A stretch of DNA of 64,000 nt. Origin: Halanaerobiales bacterium. GTDB lineage: Bacteria > Bacillota > Halanaerobiia > Halanaerobiales > M55B127. The position numbers and the translations under genes are program-made. The notes under the pieces are model-generated. The model was not told where the DNA came from and did no database searches. It saw nothing but the letters and a program-made list of their open reading frames with translations. Each line of letters begins with the position of its first letter. Position 1 is the first letter of the stretch. Shown piece after piece: positions 1-8,864 of the stretch. The DNA lies in NCBI GenBank assembly GCA_018399995.1, contig JAGYMU010000001.1, positions 152-64,151 of the forward strand, in the 5' to 3' direction.

Positions 1-1302
1 ATCTTCATTGGGTGAGCGAGTACCTACTTTAGTTGAAAGAGTAATCAGGGCAGCTTCTGTCGGATCACCAACTGGATACCAGCTGGAATGCTCATCATCT
101 GGCGGATGTATTTCTGCATTGGAAGCCATTGTTGCAGCATCAAACATAATCTCAAGTTTATCAATTATAGCCTGATTTATTTCTTTTTTATTTTCATCTA
201 AAATCTTGCCTCGTGGCTCATAACCAATACCTGTAACATCATATTCCTGATTATCATAATAAACCTTCTGGACGGTCATCTCATTTTTGGTTAGAGTACC
301 TGTTTTATCGGTAGCAATCACATTTGTTGAGCCAAGTGTTTCTACAGATGAAAGCTTCTTTACAACCGCTTTTTTTTTGGCTAACCGATCAACCCCCTGG
401 GCAAGTGCAACGGTGATCTGCATGGGTAAGGCTTGTGGTACTACTGCAACTGCTATCCCCAAGCCGTAAATGATAGCAAAGTCTAAATCAAACCCCTGAT
501 AGATAGTAACCCCAAATAATATTGAGCCTATTATAACAGCAAAAACGGCAATTTTATTGGCAACAGATTTTAATTCCATCTGGAGGGGTGACTTAGATTT
601 CTCTTCCTCCTGAGTCATATCGGCTATTTTACCCATCTCGGTATTCATACCTGTTGCTACTACAACACCCTTACCATTACCGGATGCTACATTAGTGCCA
701 AGATAAGCCATATTCTCTCTGTCAGCCAGAGATTCTTTTTGGGCCATCTTATTACTATTTTTATTCTGAGGTAGTGACTCACCGGTTAATGAAACATCAT
801 TTGTTTTTAAGTTAAATGATTCAATAATCCTTAAATCAGCTGGTATCTTATCTCCCTCTTCTAAAACAACGATATCACCAACAACCAGCTTGTTTTGTGA
901 GACCTCACTTGTTTTATTATCCCTTATTACTTTAGAAGGAGACTGAATTAATTTCTCTAAGGATTCCATGATCTCTTCTGCTTTATGTTCCTGATAATAT
1001 CCTATAACTGCATTTATTAAAGAGATAACTAACATGACAAGTCCATCTCGATAATTTTGAATGATAAAAGACATACCAGCTGCTACTATAAGAATTATCA
1101 TTAAAACATCTCTAAATTGCAGTAAAAACTTAATTAATTCTGGAGTTCTTTCAAGCCTAACAAGCTTATTTTCTCCATATTTCTCCAGTCTTTTTTTAGC
1201 TTCTGATGTAGAAAGACCCTTTTTGGATGTTTGTAGATTTTCTAGACTTTGCTTTACAGTTTTTCTATAAAAATTTTTATCATTGTATTCTATTTTAAAC
1301 AC
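1..1302 (-). CDS. P-type cation-transporting ATPase (Ca2+/type II-like). This is the N-terminal portion; the C-terminus lies beyond the left window edge.
   Basis: My own minus-strand translation gives LTGES (nt 775-789) and the phosphorylation motif DKTGTLT (nt 289-309), both in frame. The N-terminus reads FYRKTVKQSLENLQTSKKGLSTSEAKKRLEKYGEN, typical of the cation-ATPase N-domain. The only in-frame start is GTG at 1302. The ORF is absent from the track because it runs off the window. Confidence 0.85.
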   Translation of the reverse strand, partial: MFKIEYNDKNFYRKTVKQSLENLQTSKKGLSTSEAKKRLEKYGENKLVRLERTPELIKFLLQFRDVLMIILIVAAGMSFIIQNYRDGLVMLVISLINAVIGYYQEHKAEEIMESLEKLIQSPSKVIRDNKTSEVSQNKLVVGDIVVLEEGDKIPADLRIIESFNLKTNDVSLTGESLPQNKNSNKMAQKESLADRENMAYLGTNVASGNGKGVVVATGMNTEMGKIADMTQEEEKSKSPLQMELKSVANKIAVFAVIIGSILFGVTIYQGFDLDFAIIYGLGIAVAVVPQALPMQITVALAQGVDRLAKKKAVVKKLSSVETLGSTNVIATDKTGTLTKNEMTVQKVYYDNQEYDVTGIGYEPRGKILDENKKEINQAIIDKLEIMFDAATMASNAEIHPPDDEHSSWYPVGDPTEAALITLSTKVGTRSPNED

Positions 1303-1312
1303 CTCCTATAAA

Positions 1313-2665
1313 TCAATCAAAATATATGCCTGAGCCTTTTGATTTTTGGGTCATGACAGCTAATTCTTCAATTTTTTTATTCATGTATTTTTTATCAAGA
1401 TCTTCTAAGATTTTTTCATCAAAACCATGTACAATATAATTACCAAATTCCCAGGCAATATCTTTAATCTTTTGATCTGTACCCTCTGCAATGATAATCA
1501 GAGCTTCAATTAAGGAGGCAGCCACAGATACATCCCTCATCGAATAGTAGCGGAGCTGGTAAAATGTCTTGTATAATAGATAATGAAAACTGACATCTTC
1601 AAAAATTAAGGTTAATTTATCTTCTTCACTATAATAATAGGTGTTTTCCATATCGGCTTTGGCAATTCTGTCCAAGACCATTGCAGCCTGTTTGATGCAG
1701 AATATGGCGGTGTTGGGATCATTGATACCTGGAGAAATAGCTCTCAGTGCCACCTCTGTCAGCTTTTGTAAGCCAAATTCAATATCTTTACTCTTATTTC
1801 TCTCCTTACCTACTAATATAAAATTAAGACATTTTTTCAGATTTTTTTCATCCAGTTCTTCTACTTCCATTTCTGCAAGATCGTAATAAATTGTAAAAAC
1901 CTTTGTATTCTTTGTAATATAATCGCCGATCATCTTTTCTGCATTTATGACAACATTATTTTCATCTGCAAAGTTGGATAACTTTAAACCATTTATATCT
2001 CTTATAAAACCGACCTGATCTGAATAGATACAAAACTGTTCTCTTGCCATTATCTGTTCAAGGTTCGGCGGGGGGTCATTTCTAATATTTTCGTGGGTGT
2101 TATTAAACTCTCTAACCTCATCAACCAGTTCTAGAATTTCAGTAGTTAAAGTATCAATCAGAAGATTAACTTGAATAGATTGTGCAACATGATTAATAAA
2201 TAAAACAAAGTATATTATACAAAAGATTACTATAATAACACCGACAGCAGCAGAGAAAAACAAATTCTGCTGATTACCATTTAAAAACAAAAGGGTTACT
2301 ATTGAATAAACAAATCCTCCAATAAATATCCCTAAAACTCTTAAGGTTAATTTAGATTTTAAAAAGTCCTGTAGGGTCCGTGGTGAAAACTGGGTGGAAT
2401 AAGTTGTTAATACTACCATAATTATTGAAAACGAGATTGTTACAATAGATAAAAGCGAACCCGCTATCGTAGATAGTATAGTTTTTGTTATTTCAAAAGG
2501 GGTAAAGAATATATTGGGAAGTATGCTTATTAAATAAGCCTGGTAATTTTTATCCAAAAATAAGACGATTAGAGAAATTATAAGAGCATAGATACTATAT
2601 AGAACAGGTATATAATATATTTTTGCTCTCCAATCTTCAAAAAAATTAAAGTTTAAAAACTTCAA
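1313..2665 (-). CDS. DUF2254-family integral membrane protein
   Basis: 450 aa ORF with four or more N-terminal hydrophobic helices and a soluble C-terminal domain. It carries the SPGINDPNTAI motif that I recall as characteristic of DUF2254. Confidence 0.75.
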   Translation of the reverse strand: MKFLNFNFFEDWRAKIYYIPVLYSIYALIISLIVLFLDKNYQAYLISILPNIFFTPFEITKTILSTIAGSLLSIVTISFSIIMVVLTTYSTQFSPRTLQDFLKSKLTLRVLGIFIGGFVYSIVTLLFLNGNQQNLFFSAAVGVIIVIFCIIYFVLFINHVAQSIQVNLLIDTLTTEILELVDEVREFNNTHENIRNDPPPNLEQIMAREQFCIYSDQVGFIRDINGLKLSNFADENNVVINAEKMIGDYITKNTKVFTIYYDLAEMEVEELDEKNLKKCLNFILVGKERNKSKDIEFGLQKLTEVALRAISPGINDPNTAIFCIKQAAMVLDRIAKADMENTYYYSEEDKLTLIFEDVSFHYLLYKTFYQLRYYSMRDVSVAASLIEALIIIAEGTDQKIKDIAWEFGNYIVHGFDEKILEDLDKKYMNKKIEELAVMTQKSKGSGIYFD

Positions 2666-2878
2666 CTAAAAAACCCCCTCATTCCTTCATTATTATAATA
2701 TCTTTTCCAGCCCAAACTAAATCAAATGATTATCTTAATATTATTAGATATTATTATATTAATATTGATAATGGTTAATATTTTTATCAAACAGCCTTTA
2801 TTCTCCAATCATTATATCTGATTTATAACTTTATGCTGAAGTTATTATTTTTATAATTCAGAATTATTTTAATAAAAA

Positions 2879-3805
2879 TTATTTTCTATCTCTATTTATT
2901 ATTATACCTTCATTATTAATTTTGGACTCTTTTATATCGTATGATATATTAAATTGTTCTGCTGTGTTTTTAATAATTTTCTTAGTTAAAGAAAACTTTT
3001 TATTACTGAAAAATATTATTGTTGAACCACTTCCGCTTAAAAATATTGGACATTCGGTACTTATACTCATTTTTTTAAAAAAAATATTTAAATTATCGTT
3101 TAGTCTTAGTCTTTTATCCTGATGTATATAGTCCTTAGAACCTTTTTTTAATAAGTTAATATCATTTTTTATTAAGCCAGCAGTTATCAATGAAGCATTT
3201 GCAATGTTTTTAATCACCTTATTTATAGATATCTTATCTTCAATTACCCGGCGGGCCTCTGCAGTTTTAATGGGAAATTCTGGAATAAATAAGAGTGCAT
3301 TGATCTCGGGAGAAAGTTTAAATATCTCATAAGATAAGCTATGATCTTCAATTTTATTAATTGAAAATCCACCCAGTAATGTCGGTACAATATTATCAGG
3401 ATGACCCTCTAATTTTAAAGCATAGTTGAGGATATGATCTGTACTTAAATTAAGGGTGTAAAGTTCATTTAATCCACAAATCACAGCAATTATGGCGTTA
3501 GCAGAACTACCCAGCCCTCTATTGATGGGGTAATTTAACTTGACTTTTATTTCTAAATTATCAGTTTTTATTTTATCTATATGTTTTTGCTTCATATATT
3601 CAATGGTTTTTAAAATTAGATTATCTTCTTTTTTTATATTTACAAATGAATGTTGGTTGTCTTTAATCTCTATTTTTAATTTTAAATTATTAGCTCTTTT
3701 AAATTGATATTCATTAAAAAGATTTAAAGCCAGACCAAAAGAATCATAGCCAGGCCCCAGATTAGCAGAAGTAGCGGGTGCTTTAACTTTTATCATTTCT
3801 TCCAC
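2879..3805 (-). CDS. thrB: Homoserine kinase
   Basis: N-terminal VKAPATSANLGPGYDSFGLAL and the GHMP-kinase motif GLGSSANA; 308 aa. Confidence 0.9.
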   Translation of the reverse strand: MEEMIKVKAPATSANLGPGYDSFGLALNLFNEYQFKRANNLKLKIEIKDNQHSFVNIKKEDNLILKTIEYMKQKHIDKIKTDNLEIKVKLNYPINRGLGSSANAIIAVICGLNELYTLNLSTDHILNYALKLEGHPDNIVPTLLGGFSINKIEDHSLSYEIFKLSPEINALLFIPEFPIKTAEARRVIEDKISINKVIKNIANASLITAGLIKNDINLLKKGSKDYIHQDKRLRLNDNLNIFFKKMSISTECPIFLSGSGSTIIFFSNKKFSLTKKIIKNTAEQFNISYDIKESKINNEGIIINRDRK

Positions 3806-5044
3806 CTAAATTTTCCAGTTTTCTAAATATTGTCTCTGCTCAACTGATAGTTCATCTATTGTTATTTTTTCAGCCTTCAATCTATATTTAGCAACCATCT
3901 CATCTATAGATTTTGGCACCTTATATAAGCCGGGCAACAGATCATTTTCAGTTAAATAAATCAGTGATAGGATCTGTAATCCAAAACTCATATCCATAAT
4001 TTCTATGGGGTGACCATCTGCTGCAGCCAAATTAACCAAGCGACCTTCTGCCATTAAATATAAGGTTTTTTCTTCTATTTGATAGCCTTTGATATTTTCC
4101 CTATATTCAGATACATTTTGAGCTATCTCTTTTAATTTTTCCACATTTATTTCCACATTAAAATGACCGGCATTGGCCAAAATTGCTCCATTTTTCATAA
4201 GTCTAAAATGCTCTTCGTTAATCACATTTTTACAACCGGTTACTGTAATAAATATATCTCCCAAAACAGCTGCATTTTTCATCGTCATAATTCGATATCC
4301 ATCCATTTTTGCTTCAAGGGCTTTAAAGGGATCAACTTCTGTAATGATAACCCTTGCTCCAAGACCTTCTGCTCGTCTGGCTACTCCTTTTCCACACCAG
4401 CCGTAACCTGCTATGACAATATCTTTACCGGCTATAACCATATTGGTATTTCTCATCAGAGAATCTAAAACAGATTGGCCTGTACCATATCTATTATCAA
4501 AAAGGTATTTGGCCTGAGCATCATTAACAGACATCATGGGAAACTGTAAAAGATTATTTTTATCTAAAGACTTTAATCTAATAACACCGGTAGTAGTTTC
4601 TTCCGCTCCACCGATGATCTTATCTATTAATTCAGGTTTTTCATTATGTATCTTAGTGACAAGATCTCCCCCATCATCTATAATTAAATCTGGTTCTGCA
4701 GCAAGAATCTTATTTAATGAGGTATCATACTCCTTTTTTGTTTCTCCTCTCCAACTGTAAACGTTTACCCCTTTTTTCGCCAGGGCAGCTGCAACATCAT
4801 CCTGAGTAGAAAGTGGATTACTACCTGTTATAAAAACATCTGCTCCTAATTCTTTTAAAACCATTGCCATATAGGCAGTTTTGGCTTCTAGATGTAGACA
4901 GATAGAAACAGTTTTGGACTGGAGAGGCTTTTCATCCTTATAATCCTCTTTAATCTTATTTAATACTGACATTCTCTCTTTTACCCATTCGATCTTTTTA
5001 TTTCCCTCAGCTGCCAAACTTAAATCCTTTACTTTACTTTCCAT
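3806..5044 (-). CDS. ahcY: Adenosylhomocysteinase (S-adenosyl-L-homocysteine hydrolase), short form
   Basis: 412 aa with IIDDGGDL, the NAD-binding GYGWCGKGVA and GHFNVEI motifs. Its stop abuts the thrB start. Confidence 0.93.
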   Translation of the reverse strand: MESKVKDLSLAAEGNKKIEWVKERMSVLNKIKEDYKDEKPLQSKTVSICLHLEAKTAYMAMVLKELGADVFITGSNPLSTQDDVAAALAKKGVNVYSWRGETKKEYDTSLNKILAAEPDLIIDDGGDLVTKIHNEKPELIDKIIGGAEETTTGVIRLKSLDKNNLLQFPMMSVNDAQAKYLFDNRYGTGQSVLDSLMRNTNMVIAGKDIVIAGYGWCGKGVARRAEGLGARVIITEVDPFKALEAKMDGYRIMTMKNAAVLGDIFITVTGCKNVINEEHFRLMKNGAILANAGHFNVEINVEKLKEIAQNVSEYRENIKGYQIEEKTLYLMAEGRLVNLAAADGHPIEIMDMSFGLQILSLIYLTENDLLPGLYKVPKSIDEMVAKYRLKAEKITIDELSVEQRQYLENWKI

Positions 5045-5055
5045 GATTTACCTCC

Positions 5056-5490
5056 TTACGATTTCCCTGTATGACCGAAACCACCTTCACTGCGGTCACT
5101 ATCACTTAATTTATCAACTTCATCCCATTTAATATCAAATGTTTTGTGGATGATCAACTGGGCAATACGATCATCTTTATCAATAAAAAATTCCTTATTA
5201 CTGTGGTTTATCAAAATAACTCCTAATTCTCCTCGATAACCGGGATCTATAACTCCATCCGCATTCAAAACAGTAATGCCTTTTTTTAAGGCAAGACCGC
5301 TGCGAGGATAGACAAAACCACCATAACCTTTAGGAATTGCGATTTTTAAACCTGTTTTAATTAATTTATACTGACCGGGCTTTAAACTGTAGCTTTTTTT
5401 GGCCATCAGATCAACACCACAGTCTTCTCCCCAATGTTGATATCTAGGTAATTTTATATTATTACCCATTCTCTTTACCTTTATTTTCAT
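5056..5490 (-). CDS. dut: dUTP diphosphatase
   Basis: 144 aa trimeric dUTPase with motifs RSGLALK, GVIDPGYRGE and C-terminal GGFGHTGK. Confidence 0.93.
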   Translation of the reverse strand: MKIKVKRMGNNIKLPRYQHWGEDCGVDLMAKKSYSLKPGQYKLIKTGLKIAIPKGYGGFVYPRSGLALKKGITVLNADGVIDPGYRGELGVILINHSNKEFFIDKDDRIAQLIIHKTFDIKWDEVDKLSDSDRSEGGFGHTGKS

Positions 5491-5502
5491 TTATATTTCC
5501 TC

Positions 5503-6423
5503 CTACTTAGCAAATATGTGCTGGCCGATACTGACCACAAATTGTCTGGAAGTAAAAAAACTCTTATTTCTAGCTGTTTCTGGATTATAGTAATAAAGAG
5601 AACCTAAGGTCGGATCTGTACCACTTAACGAATCACGAGCAGCTCTATAGGCTATGTTGTTGGGAGCATAATGAATCTGTCCATCTGCTACAGCTGTAAA
5701 TTGATTTTGCTGATAAATAACACCTTTGATTGTATCAGGAAATTGATTGCTTAAAACCCTATTTATAATTACAGCCCCTACTGCAACCTGACCCATGTAC
5801 GGTTCACCCCTGGCCTCACCATGAATGGTGCGGGCCATTAGTTCAATGTCAGAATCACTAATCGTTTTAGCCAGAACCTGTTTTTTGGATAGATTAAAAA
5901 TGGGTAATTGAAGTTTTTCTCCTTTTCTTATTATAGAATTACCCATGTTATTTAAAGCCATAATCACGCCAACAGATGTATTAAAACTATTTGCCAGATC
6001 ATAAAGAGTATCCCCGGAATCTACATAATAGGTGATAATTTTATCAGGAGGAATATTTACCTCTGGCAGGGGTTGTTCAGGATTATATCTGACCGAATAA
6101 TTTTTTCCTACATCCAGTTGAAAGTCTTCTTGATTATTTTGCTCAAAGGAAAACCTATAATCCATATTTAGACTGTCCTTTTTTTCATTATTATCTTTTT
6201 TAATCACCAACTCATCACCTATATTTATCTTAGCAGCATTCTCTATATGATTATTTGTCAAAAGTTCCTTAACTGTTGTATTATAATCAGTAGCGATGTC
6301 AGAAATAGTATCTCCGCTTTGCACCACATAAATTAATGTAAACTGTGGTTGCGCAGAAACAGGAGATGTAAATATGATGATTAATAGTATGGTTGTAATA
6401 TATATTTTAAAATGTTTTTCCAT
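5503..6423 (-). CDS. Secreted cell-wall hydrolase with two LysM domains and a SleB/CwlJ-type (Hydrolase_2) catalytic domain
   Basis: Signal-peptide-like MEKHFKIYITTILLIIIFTSPVSAQ; two LysM repeats (YVVQSGDTISDIA and YYVDSGDTLYDLA); C-terminal ARTIHGEARGEPYMGQVAVGAVIINR...QFTAV. I prefer the ATG at 6423, which has a GGAGAGG RBS, over the longest-ORF start at 6486, which would overlap the helicase gene. Confidence 0.8.
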   Translation of the reverse strand: MEKHFKIYITTILLIIIFTSPVSAQPQFTLIYVVQSGDTISDIATDYNTTVKELLTNNHIENAAKINIGDELVIKKDNNEKKDSLNMDYRFSFEQNNQEDFQLDVGKNYSVRYNPEQPLPEVNIPPDKIITYYVDSGDTLYDLANSFNTSVGVIMALNNMGNSIIRKGEKLQLPIFNLSKKQVLAKTISDSDIELMARTIHGEARGEPYMGQVAVGAVIINRVLSNQFPDTIKGVIYQQNQFTAVADGQIHYAPNNIAYRAARDSLSGTDPTLGSLYYYNPETARNKSFFTSRQFVVSIGQHIFAK

Positions 6424-6425
6424 AT

Positions 6426-8864
6426 TTATTCCTCTCCAGCCACATAATCTATTACCTCTCTTAAATTCATTTTTAAAACAGGACATCTATCAGGTATGGA
6501 GTTTAAAAAAACCTGTCCATAGTTCTTTCTGATAATTCTGTTGTCCATACAAATAACTATACCTTTATCATTCTTCGAACGAATCAGTCGTCCAAAACCC
6601 TGTTTGAATTTAATGACTGCTTTAGGGATAAAATACTCGTAAAAATAGTTTTTCCCTTCTTCATTTAATAATTGAATGCGGGCTGCATTAACCGGATCAC
6701 TCGGGACTGGAAAGGGTAGTCGCATTATTATCAAATACTTCAAATCACTACCTACTATATCAACACCTTCCCAGAAACTCTGTGTACCGAAGATTACCTG
6801 ATTTTTACTAGACTTAAACTTGTTCATAATATAATGTCTGGAAAATTTACTCTGAGATAATATGTTTATATTTTCCGCTTCTAATTCAGGGTTGATCCTA
6901 TTATAAAGTTGATCAAGCATATTATATGAAGTGAAAAGGACCATAGTAGATCCTCTGAATGTTCTTAATATGTCCCTGAGGTCTTCTGTGATCTGACCTA
7001 TAAAGATATCATGAGAGGGAGCATATATATCTGTTGGTATTATTAACCTACTTTGCTTTTCATAATTGAAAGGGGAACTAACAATTACCTCCTCTGGATG
7101 AGAAATCCCTAAAGCGTCAATAAAAAAATTAAAAGAATCATTTACACTCAAGGTGGCTGATGTTAAAAGAAAATTTCTCAAATTGCTCCACAGCATATCA
7201 GGCAGATGACTCTTAACATTTAAAAGAGCGCTCTTGTGACTAATATATTCATCAGAATAACGGTATTTTTCCAGCCAGAACACATAATCATCATCACTTG
7301 ACTCTAAGTTAAAAAGTAAATTAAGAACCATATCATTGACAGTATTTAAATTCTGCTTTAATTCTAGTACATCAGCTTTTATTTTATCATAATTTTTAAT
7401 TATTTTTAACTCTTTTATCAATCTTTTTAGATAAATCAGTAATTTTTCATAATTGTTGTGGTATTTAAAACCCTTTTGAATGATTTCTTGATAATCCTGA
7501 TCTTCTTTGATCTCTTCTGTAATAATTAGGCTTTGTTTTTTATGCCTTTTAAAATATTTATCTAATAATAAGAAGTACTCCTTATTGTCTTCTTCTAAGT
7601 CCTTAATAGTAGCTATAATATTTTTATCTATTAGCTGATAGATCTCTTTTTTATTTTTAACAGATAGTTCAGCCAATTTATTTCTTATGCGTGGAATTAT
7701 AGAGTATTTTTTATCATATAACTTCTTCAAAACTCTTTTATTTAATTTATAGGAAGTATCTTTACCGAGGTGATAGGTAGCTACATCATGAAAATTATGT
7801 GCCTCATCAACTATAAGACTTTTATATTTGGGTAGAGTAGAATATCCGGATTTTTTCATAACGGCATCAGAAAGCAAAAGATAGTGATTAACCACAATTA
7901 AATCTGAGTTAAACAATTCATTACGGGCTTTCATAAAGTAACAATCATCATAATAAGGACAGAGACTTCCTATACAGTAATCATTGTCAGAAGCAACTTC
8001 ATCCCAGATTTCATTTTTGAAGTTAAATTTAATCTCACTTTTAATGCCAGTTTTTGTCTTTTGCGCCCAGTTAAATATCTTAGCAAAATCAGCTTGTTCA
8101 CCATCACCTCTAAATGATGCTGCAATATTTTTCAATTTCCGAATACAGAGGTAGTTCTTTCTGCCAATCGCTAAATCTGCCTTAAATTTAAAAGGCAAAA
8201 CCTTTTTTAAAAATTCTACATCCTGGTCCATTATTTGCTGCTGTAAGTTGATAGTATTTGTAGAAATTACGACAGGCTCTTCATTTTCATGTGCCCAATA
8301 GAGGGCAGGTATTAAATAGGCTAATGACTTACCGATACCAGTTCCCGCTTCGATTAAAGTCTGCTCAGCCCGATTAAAATTATCAATGATTTTTTCTGTA
8401 ATTTCCAACTGCTGATTTCTATATTCAAAGCCCTTCATATGACGAGAAAGTGGACCATCTTCTTTAAAGTAATTTAATATTTCTTTTTTATTTATCCTGT
8501 TTTCTGTGCCGATTTCTTTTGGTTCAACTAATATATAGATATCTTTTACTTCATTATCAGAGATAGCAAACCCAACTCCCTTATTTCCCAATTTGGAAGC
8601 AATGTTAATATCTGGTCCAGAAGGAGTTGTATCACCAGAAGGGTGATTATGTAAAACCATAGAATTTTTACTTAGATATTCGATGATAGCCGGGGCACTA
8701 TTTTGATTACCACGAGCCAAAACTTCCACATTATCAATCAAATTTTTCTTAAAATCGATTTCCAGTAAAAAGAATACTTCATTGCCTTCTGCTGCTTTTA
8801 TCTCTCTTCTGATTATCTGTTTAATATCTTCACTAAAAGCATTTACTATTTGCAAATTATTCAC
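6426..8864 (-). CDS. dinG: DinG/XPD-family Fe-S ATP-dependent DNA helicase with an N-terminal RadC-like JAB/MPN+ domain
   Basis: Walker A AGTGIGKS and a DEAH box (VDEAHNF). One Cys lies in YLCIRKL (residue 239) and three more about 60 residues later as C-x4-C-x5-C (CIGSLCPYYDDC), as in E. coli DinG. The N-terminal ~120 aa carry a complete JAMM motif, HNHPSGDTTPSGPD (HxHx7Sx2D, nt 8610-8651). The start overlaps the nfo stop by 8 nt. Confidence 0.85.
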   Translation of the reverse strand: MNNLQIVNAFSEDIKQIIRREIKAAEGNEVFFLLEIDFKKNLIDNVEVLARGNQNSAPAIIEYLSKNSMVLHNHPSGDTTPSGPDINIASKLGNKGVGFAISDNEVKDIYILVEPKEIGTENRINKKEILNYFKEDGPLSRHMKGFEYRNQQLEITEKIIDNFNRAEQTLIEAGTGIGKSLAYLIPALYWAHENEEPVVISTNTINLQQQIMDQDVEFLKKVLPFKFKADLAIGRKNYLCIRKLKNIAASFRGDGEQADFAKIFNWAQKTKTGIKSEIKFNFKNEIWDEVASDNDYCIGSLCPYYDDCYFMKARNELFNSDLIVVNHYLLLSDAVMKKSGYSTLPKYKSLIVDEAHNFHDVATYHLGKDTSYKLNKRVLKKLYDKKYSIIPRIRNKLAELSVKNKKEIYQLIDKNIIATIKDLEEDNKEYFLLLDKYFKRHKKQSLIITEEIKEDQDYQEIIQKGFKYHNNYEKLLIYLKRLIKELKIIKNYDKIKADVLELKQNLNTVNDMVLNLLFNLESSDDDYVFWLEKYRYSDEYISHKSALLNVKSHLPDMLWSNLRNFLLTSATLSVNDSFNFFIDALGISHPEEVIVSSPFNYEKQSRLIIPTDIYAPSHDIFIGQITEDLRDILRTFRGSTMVLFTSYNMLDQLYNRINPELEAENINILSQSKFSRHYIMNKFKSSKNQVIFGTQSFWEGVDIVGSDLKYLIIMRLPFPVPSDPVNAARIQLLNEEGKNYFYEYFIPKAVIKFKQGFGRLIRSKNDKGIVICMDNRIIRKNYGQVFLNSIPDRCPVLKMNLREVIDYVAGEE

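Noticed and set aside
1270-1302. Programmed -1 frameshift joining the ATG at 1283 to the ATPase frame
   Set aside because: There is no X XXY YYZ slippery heptamer in the right register and no downstream structure. A GTG start at 1302 or a homopolymer sequencing error are simpler explanations.
6424-6486. N-terminal extensions given by longest-ORF calls: 5503-6486, 44866-45534, 46767-48146, 52882-53268 and 39277-39819
   Set aside because: For most of them an internal ATG with a properly spaced GGAG-type RBS gives the family-typical N-terminus, such as a signal peptide, the PlsY MKIILIL start or the AroH MFSIRGA start. Where checked (the SleB-like and plsY genes) it also removes the overlap with the upstream gene. 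The smg-like ORF is the exception: it has no strong RBS, so its start stays tentative.
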